Part shown: positions 59,726-64,000 of the stretch, one piece after another
How positions within the stretch are numbered: position 1 is the first letter of the stretch
Layout of the letters: the number at the start of each line of letters is the position of its first letter
DNA from: an uncultured Pseudomonadales bacterium
GTDB lineage: Bacteria > Patescibacteriota > Microgenomatia > UBA1400 > PJMF01
Assembly (NCBI GenBank): GCA_964588685.1
Contig: CAZPQG010000002.1
Location: 35,481 to 99,480, forward strand
Reading direction: 5' to 3'
Length of the DNA stretch: 64,000 nt
The notes under the pieces: model-generated
The model's input: only the letters and a program-made list of their open reading frames with translations
Told to the model about the DNA's origin: nothing
Database searches by the model: none
Translations under genes and position numbers: made by a program

Positions 59726-60346
59726 ATGGTAGTGACTCTTTATAAAAGACAACGGCAAATTTTGGATTTTATTACACAGTACATCCAAAAAAATGGCTAC
59801 GCTCCAACTTTAAGAGAAATAGCAGATGCAATTAATGTCTCTTCTTTAGCAACAGTGCATGAGCATCTAGAGGCTTTAAATCGAAAAAAAGTGATTAAAA
59901 AACACAGCGGTAAAGTAAGAGGTATAGAACTAGTAGATAAAACATTTTTAAGCAATGACGAAAGCGTTGATTTGCCATTATTGGGTTATATCGCTGCAGG
60001 CTCACCTATTGAACCTTACGCAAATGATGACGCCACTTTTAAAGTCTCCCCAGAACTAATTACCGGTAAAAAACGGGCCTATGTTCTACAAGTAAAGGGG
60101 CAATCGATGATTGAGGATCACATTCAAGACGGAGATTATGTAGTGGTAGAAGAAACTTCTGAGGTTGATAACGGTGAAATTGTAGTAGCATTGCTAGACA
60201 ACGGCTTAGCCACTTTAAAAAAATATTATAAAGAAATGACGCGAGTAAGATTAGAACCAGCTAATGCCAATATGAGTCCAATTTACGCCACTAATGTCCA
60301 GATACAGGGTAGGGTAGTTGGTCTCATCAGAAAATTCAGAAACTAA
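59726..60346 (+). CDS. lexA: LexA repressor (S24 peptidase)
   Basis: Winged-HTH N-domain, AG cleavage site (YIAAGSP), catalytic Ser in GQSM and Lys in TLKK; strong AAAGGAGG SD. Confidence 0.85.
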   Translation: MVVTLYKRQRQILDFITQYIQKNGYAPTLREIADAINVSSLATVHEHLEALNRKKVIKKHSGKVRGIELVDKTFLSNDESVDLPLLGYIAAGSPIEPYANDDATFKVSPELITGKKRAYVLQVKGQSMIEDHIQDGDYVVVEETSEVDNGEIVVALLDNGLATLKKYYKEMTRVRLEPANANMSPIYATNVQIQGRVVGLIRKFRN

Positions 60347-60479
60347 AGCTTTATATTAGCCCTAACTGGAGCGATAGCTGGAATCATGCCGCCGATAAAT
60401 TTATTTGGATTTTAAATAATCATTTTTTTTGCTTTTGCTACTTACCAATATGCACTTTATTGTATTAAAATAATAACCC

Positions 60480-62186
60480 GTGAGAATACACGGACCTAAA
60501 AAATCTTCCACTCAATCTTCTAACACTAAGTATATTTTTATATCAGGCGGAGTTCTGTCCGGCTTAGGCAAAGGCATTACTGCTGCTTCACTGGGCGTGC
60601 TGCTTAAAAAACAAGGCTACAGCGTCACTAATATTAAGTGTGAAAATTACCTCAACCTCGATTCAGGCAATATTAACCCCATTGAACACGGCGATGTTTT
60701 TTTGTGTGAAGACGGCTTAGAAGCCGATCTGGATTTAGGCTCTTACGAACGATTTCTAAATCAAGAAGTAGGCTATCGTAACTTTACAACTATGGGCCAA
60801 ATTTATTCTACTGTTATTGAAAAGGCTAAAAATTTAAAATTTAACGGCTCAACAGTTGACACTATTCCCTATGTTCCGCTGGAAGTTGTTAACCGCATTA
60901 AAAAAGCCGCTGAAGGATTTAATATTGTTTTAATTGAACTCGGAGGAACAGCCGGCGAATATCAAAATGTAATTTATTATGAAGCCAACAGGATTATGAA
61001 GCTGGAAAATCCAAAAGATGTAGCTCATATTCATGTCACCTACTTTCCAGCTCCGGCGCATCTAAATGAACTAAAGTCAAAACCTACGCAGCTGTCAGTA
61101 AGTAAATTAAATTCAATGGGTATTCAACCCGACTTTATTGTTGGTAGAGCCAAAGAAGTAATTGACGATAAACGAAAAGAAAAAGTAGCATATTACTGCA
61201 ATATGAGTAAAGAGGATGTTATCTCAAACCCAGATGTAGAAAGTATTTATCAAATTCCTCTTATTTTTCATGAACAAAATTTTGATCGAAAAATTTTATC
61301 AAAACTAAATTTATCCAGCAAAAAAACAAAGCTTAAAGAATGGAGTCAAATGGTTGATAACATTTTTGCTGAAAAAGAAGAAACCGTCAATATTGCTATT
61401 ATTGCCAAATACATTTCTACAGGAAACTATGAACTAAAAGACTCTTACACCAGCTTGATTGAAGCTTTAGATCATGCCAGTTGGAAAAATAAGCAAGAGA
61501 TAAATTTAATTTTTATTAAAGCCGAAGATTTGGAAAGACGTAAAAAATTGGCCTTAAAAAAATTGCAAAATACAGATGGGGTAATTGTGCCTATTGGCTG
61601 GGGCGAAAGAGGAGTGAAAGGTAAAATCAAAGCTATTAAATATGCTCGAGAAAACAAAATCCCTTATCTGGGCCTGTGCTACGGTATGCAGTTGGCCGCA
61701 GTTGAATTTGCCCGTAATGTAGTTGAATTAAAAGATGCTCATACCAGTGAAGTTAAGCCGGACTGTAAAAACCCTGTCATTCATAAAATTCCTTTCAAAG
61801 AAAAATACCAACGTATTAAAGGTGAAGGCGCCAGCATGCGCTTAGGAGCCTATGACTGTCAGCTTAAACCAAAAACTTTAACTTATTCCATTTATAAAAA
61901 ACACCATAGCTTTAAAGACAAAAAAGAAAATTTGATTAGTGAACGCCACAGGCATCGTTTTGAATTTAATAATGAATACCGAGATATATTGCAAGAACAC
62001 GGCTTAATTATTTCCGGCACCAGCCCGGATGACTTTTTTGTGGAAATGATTGAGCTGCCTAAAAAAATGCATCCCTTTTTTCTTGCTACTCAAGCTCACC
62101 CGGAATACAAATCAGGACCGCTTAATCCTCATCCCATTTTTATTGAATATTTAAAAGCAGCTGCCAAATACAACAGTAATAAATAA
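60480..62186 (+). CDS. pyrG: CTP synthase
   Basis: KYIFISGGVLSGLGKG synthetase N-terminus and GATase GLCYGMQ with the catalytic Cys. No ATG in frame before the conserved NTKYIF start, so a GTG start is likely. Confidence 0.9.
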   Translation: MRIHGPKKSSTQSSNTKYIFISGGVLSGLGKGITAASLGVLLKKQGYSVTNIKCENYLNLDSGNINPIEHGDVFLCEDGLEADLDLGSYERFLNQEVGYRNFTTMGQIYSTVIEKAKNLKFNGSTVDTIPYVPLEVVNRIKKAAEGFNIVLIELGGTAGEYQNVIYYEANRIMKLENPKDVAHIHVTYFPAPAHLNELKSKPTQLSVSKLNSMGIQPDFIVGRAKEVIDDKRKEKVAYYCNMSKEDVISNPDVESIYQIPLIFHEQNFDRKILSKLNLSSKKTKLKEWSQMVDNIFAEKEETVNIAIIAKYISTGNYELKDSYTSLIEALDHASWKNKQEINLIFIKAEDLERRKKLALKKLQNTDGVIVPIGWGERGVKGKIKAIKYARENKIPYLGLCYGMQLAAVEFARNVVELKDAHTSEVKPDCKNPVIHKIPFKEKYQRIKGEGASMRLGAYDCQLKPKTLTYSIYKKHHSFKDKKENLISERHRHRFEFNNEYRDILQEHGLIISGTSPDDFFVEMIELPKKMHPFFLATQAHPEYKSGPLNPHPIFIEYLKAAAKYNSNK

Positions 62187-62289
62187 ACAGCTCGTTTGCT
62201 TTTTGCGTGCTTTACCTTAGCCCTGCTTGCTTTCTGGCTTGTTTTTGAATAAAATATCAGTTCCTGATAATTAGCAGACTCGAGAAACT

Positions 62290-62679
62290 ATGTCATTAAA
62301 AATAAAACATCAAGATACTATCGCCAGAATTGGAGATACCATTCGGGTACATCAAGAAGTGACTGAAGGTGATACTACCAGAATTCAAGTTTTTGAAGGA
62401 ATTTTAATTGCTGTTAAAAATAGAGATCGAAATAAAACTTTTACCGTTAGAAAAATCGGGGCCAATAACATTGGCGTTGAAAAAATTTTCCCTTTGTTTT
62501 TACCTTCTATCAAAAAAATTGAAGTAGTGAGAAAAGGCAAAGTTAAACGCAGCAAACTTTACTACTTAAGACAAAAAAAAGGAAAGGCAGCTTCAAAAAT
62601 CACAGAAAAAAAAGACTATGAGCAAAAGGCCTCAACTGCAGGCTCGGCGGCAAACTCAGCAGCCAGCTCAGCGGCTTAA
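62290..62679 (+). CDS. rplS: 50S ribosomal protein L19
   Basis: GDTIRVH...[15 protein letters not shown]...FTVRKI...KLYYLR matches the L19 consensus. Confidence 0.8.
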   Translation: MSLKIKHQDTIARIGDTIRVHQEVTEGDTTRIQVFEGILIAVKNRDRNKTFTVRKIGANNIGVEKIFPLFLPSIKKIEVVRKGKVKRSKLYYLRQKKGKAASKITEKKDYEQKASTAGSAANSAASSAA

Positions 62680-62700
62680 TCAACAAGCAAACAACCTTGA

Positions 62701-63037
62701 AATGGGCAGCCTTGGTGAAAAACAAGCTATTCAGTTTTTACAAAAGAACAACTATCAAATTTTAAGCCGCAACTTTAAATTCAAAAAATTAGAAATTGAT
62801 ATAATTGCCTTAGATAAAAAAGCTGATGTCATCGCCTTTGTTGAAGTTAAAAAACGCAGCAGCGCTTATTTTGGATCGCCGGCAGCCGCAGTAAACTTTA
62901 AAAAGCTGCAGCATTTAAAAACAGCCGGTCAAGTTTTTCTTCAGCAGCACAAAATAGATAAAAACTTTAGATTTGATATTATTAGCATATTACCGAATCA
63001 AGTCGAACATTTTAAAAACATATCAATTAATTTTTAA
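62701..63037 (+). CDS. yraN: YraN/UPF0102 family endonuclease
   Basis: GSLGEKQA..FL...YQILSRNF...EIDIIA...VIAFVEVK pattern. The upstream in-frame ATG at 62618 would overlap rplS by 62 nt, so the start at 62701 is preferred. Confidence 0.65.
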
Positions 63038-63096
63038 TTAACTCTAAAAAGGCAAATAAAATAAGTTAACTAAATTTATTTGCTGGGGCTTACCAA

Positions 63097-63150
63097 GGCC
63101 CCATTGTTTAGTGGACTAGGAAAACAGATTTTATCTTTAACAATTTTTAA
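63097..63150 (+). pseudogene. Decayed partial duplicate of tRNA-Glu (5' ~45 nt)
   Basis: ggccccattgtttagtggactagga is 23/25 identical to the 5' end of the downstream tRNA-Glu, with weaker similarity after that; no acceptor 3' half. Confidence 0.45.
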
Positions 63151-63155
63151 TACTA

Positions 63156-63228
63156 GGCCCCATCGTCTAGTGGACTAGGACACCAGGTTTTCATCCTGGC
63201 AACCGGGGTTCGATTCCCCGTGGGGTCA
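63156..63228 (+). tRNA. tRNA-Glu (anticodon TTC)
   Basis: GGCCCCATCGTCTAGTGGACTAGGACACCAGGTTTTCATCCTGGCAACCGGGGTTCGATTCCCCGTGGGGTCA cloverleaf. Confidence 0.8.
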
Positions 63229-63235
63229 CAAATAT

Positions 63236-63264
63236 AAAAATCCAGCTCTAAGCTGGATTTTTTA
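63236..63264 (+). terminator. Rho-independent terminator after tRNA-Glu
   Basis: aaaaatccagctctaagctggatttttt hairpin plus T-run. Confidence 0.6.
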
Positions 63265-63578
63265 TATTTACGGCCTCTTGATTTGTGATGAGAAACCAGT
63301 TCTGCCGCCAAATATGAGCGTAGCGAGTACCTGGGTAATACTTGGAGCGAGTCTAAAAGACGAGCGGAAAGTGGATTCCCAATTGCAACTAAGTAAAGTT
63401 GCACTGATTATATTTTGAAACAATTTTTCTCAACAAAAATACCAGAATAGTTATACCAAACTGATAGGAAGCAGATTAATATGAAAATATATTCCAAACC
63501 CCGTTGTACAGTTTAGTCCCCTGGATTATGTTATCATTTCTATACTACTAAACTAATTAGGCTTATTGTTGATACCAC

Positions 63579-64000
63579 CAATTACATGAAAAATAACAAA
63601 ACTCTGCTCCTACTTGTTTCAATCATTTTTATTAGTCTAACCACGTATATATTTAATTTCATTAGCAACAACAGCGGCAAAAATACTACTTTTCTAAATT
63701 CAAGTAAAAACTCACAATCCTCTCAAACAACTTCATCGGAAATTGAGTCCAATCGAGCTCCTAAACCCAAGAATACAACCCTTAGCCCATCTCCTTCTCC
63801 TCAATTTCAGACCTACAACCTCCCAGATATTCTCGAACAAGGAACGTATGAAATTTATCTTGTTGGTGATTCAATGACCAAAGCACTCGGCCCCTTTCCC
63901 TACCAGCTGAGCAAAATAATGAATAACTTCTATCCAGAAAAAAATTTTGTCATTGAAAACTACAGCCGAGGTCAGACCAGTATACAAAAACTCCCAGAAT
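63579..64000 (+). CDS. Secreted SGNH/GDSL-family hydrolase, 3' end outside window
   Basis: ATG at 63579, signal-peptide-like N-terminus, then the YLVGDSMT (GDS(L)) block; ORF runs off the window end. Confidence 0.5.

Noticed and set aside
62618-62700. Earlier ATG start for yraN, overlapping rplS by 62 nt
   Set aside because: The conserved YraN N-terminus begins at the MGSLGEK Met (62701). The upstream extension is Gln/Ala-rich, overlaps the L19 tail, and is not needed.
63340-63400. RNase P RNA P4-like motif GGAAAGTGGATTCCC
   Set aside because: Isolated partial resemblance; surrounding sequence lacks the conserved 5' region and P4 partner, and the gap is too short for an RNase P RNA.
63153-63404. 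83-aa minus-strand ORF
   Set aside because: Overlaps tRNA-Glu and its terminator. Likewise 49750..49950 and 49871..50062 overlap tRNA-Leu and its terminator.

Overview
This window reads as a low-GC (~35%), very gene-dense bacterial chromosome segment. Nearly all of it is housekeeping, with no phage, transposon, CRISPR or restriction-system hallmarks. The gene content and style (archaeal-type bifunctional PGI/PMI, split transketolase, GatCAB, compact genes, many small hypothetical surface proteins) suggest a small-genome uncultivated lineage of the CPR/Patescibacteria type. That assignment is inference only; the standard genetic code fits all long ORFs. The main blocks are: (i) a minus-strand division/cell-wall run lepB-murB-murA-mraY-ftsW-murG-ftsQ-ftsA-ftsZ, followed by ileS, a second SEDS protein, parB and rpmA; (ii) a Wzx-flippase / Wzy-like / Ig-repeat surface-protein trio; (iii) a tRNA cluster (Thr, Gly, Asp) with an embedded HAD phosphatase and an orphan small ORF; (iv) lemA-htpX, gatCAB, dnaE, split transketolase, nudix, mutM, secA, serS, a LysS-HD fusion and greA; (v) tRNA-Lys, efp, a CaCA exchanger and hsp20 preceded by CIRCE-geometry operators; (vi) a secreted glycoside hydrolase, an SLT-like protein, tRNA-Leu, a DUF45 hydrolase and a holA-like gene; (vii) a sugar-activation module (RHH-fused sugar nucleotidyltransferase, phosphomannomutase, zinc-ribbon Nudix, PGI/PMI) immediately followed by a three-domain PEP-synthase-like protein that appears to lack its catalytic His and Cys, and an enolase homologue with substitutions in several canonical catalytic and metal-binding residues; (viii) lexA, pyrG, rplS, yraN, tRNA-Glu with a decayed duplicate, and a partial GDSL hydrolase. 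The candidates I consider most worth follow-up are the adjacent pair of apparently catalytically compromised PEP-handling enzymes, the LysS-HD fusion, the multidomain LytR_C-like membrane protein, the att-like repeat beside tRNA-Lys, and the CIRCE-like operator array upstream of hsp20. All residue-level statements come from by-eye alignment against remembered family consensus sequences and need computational confirmation.
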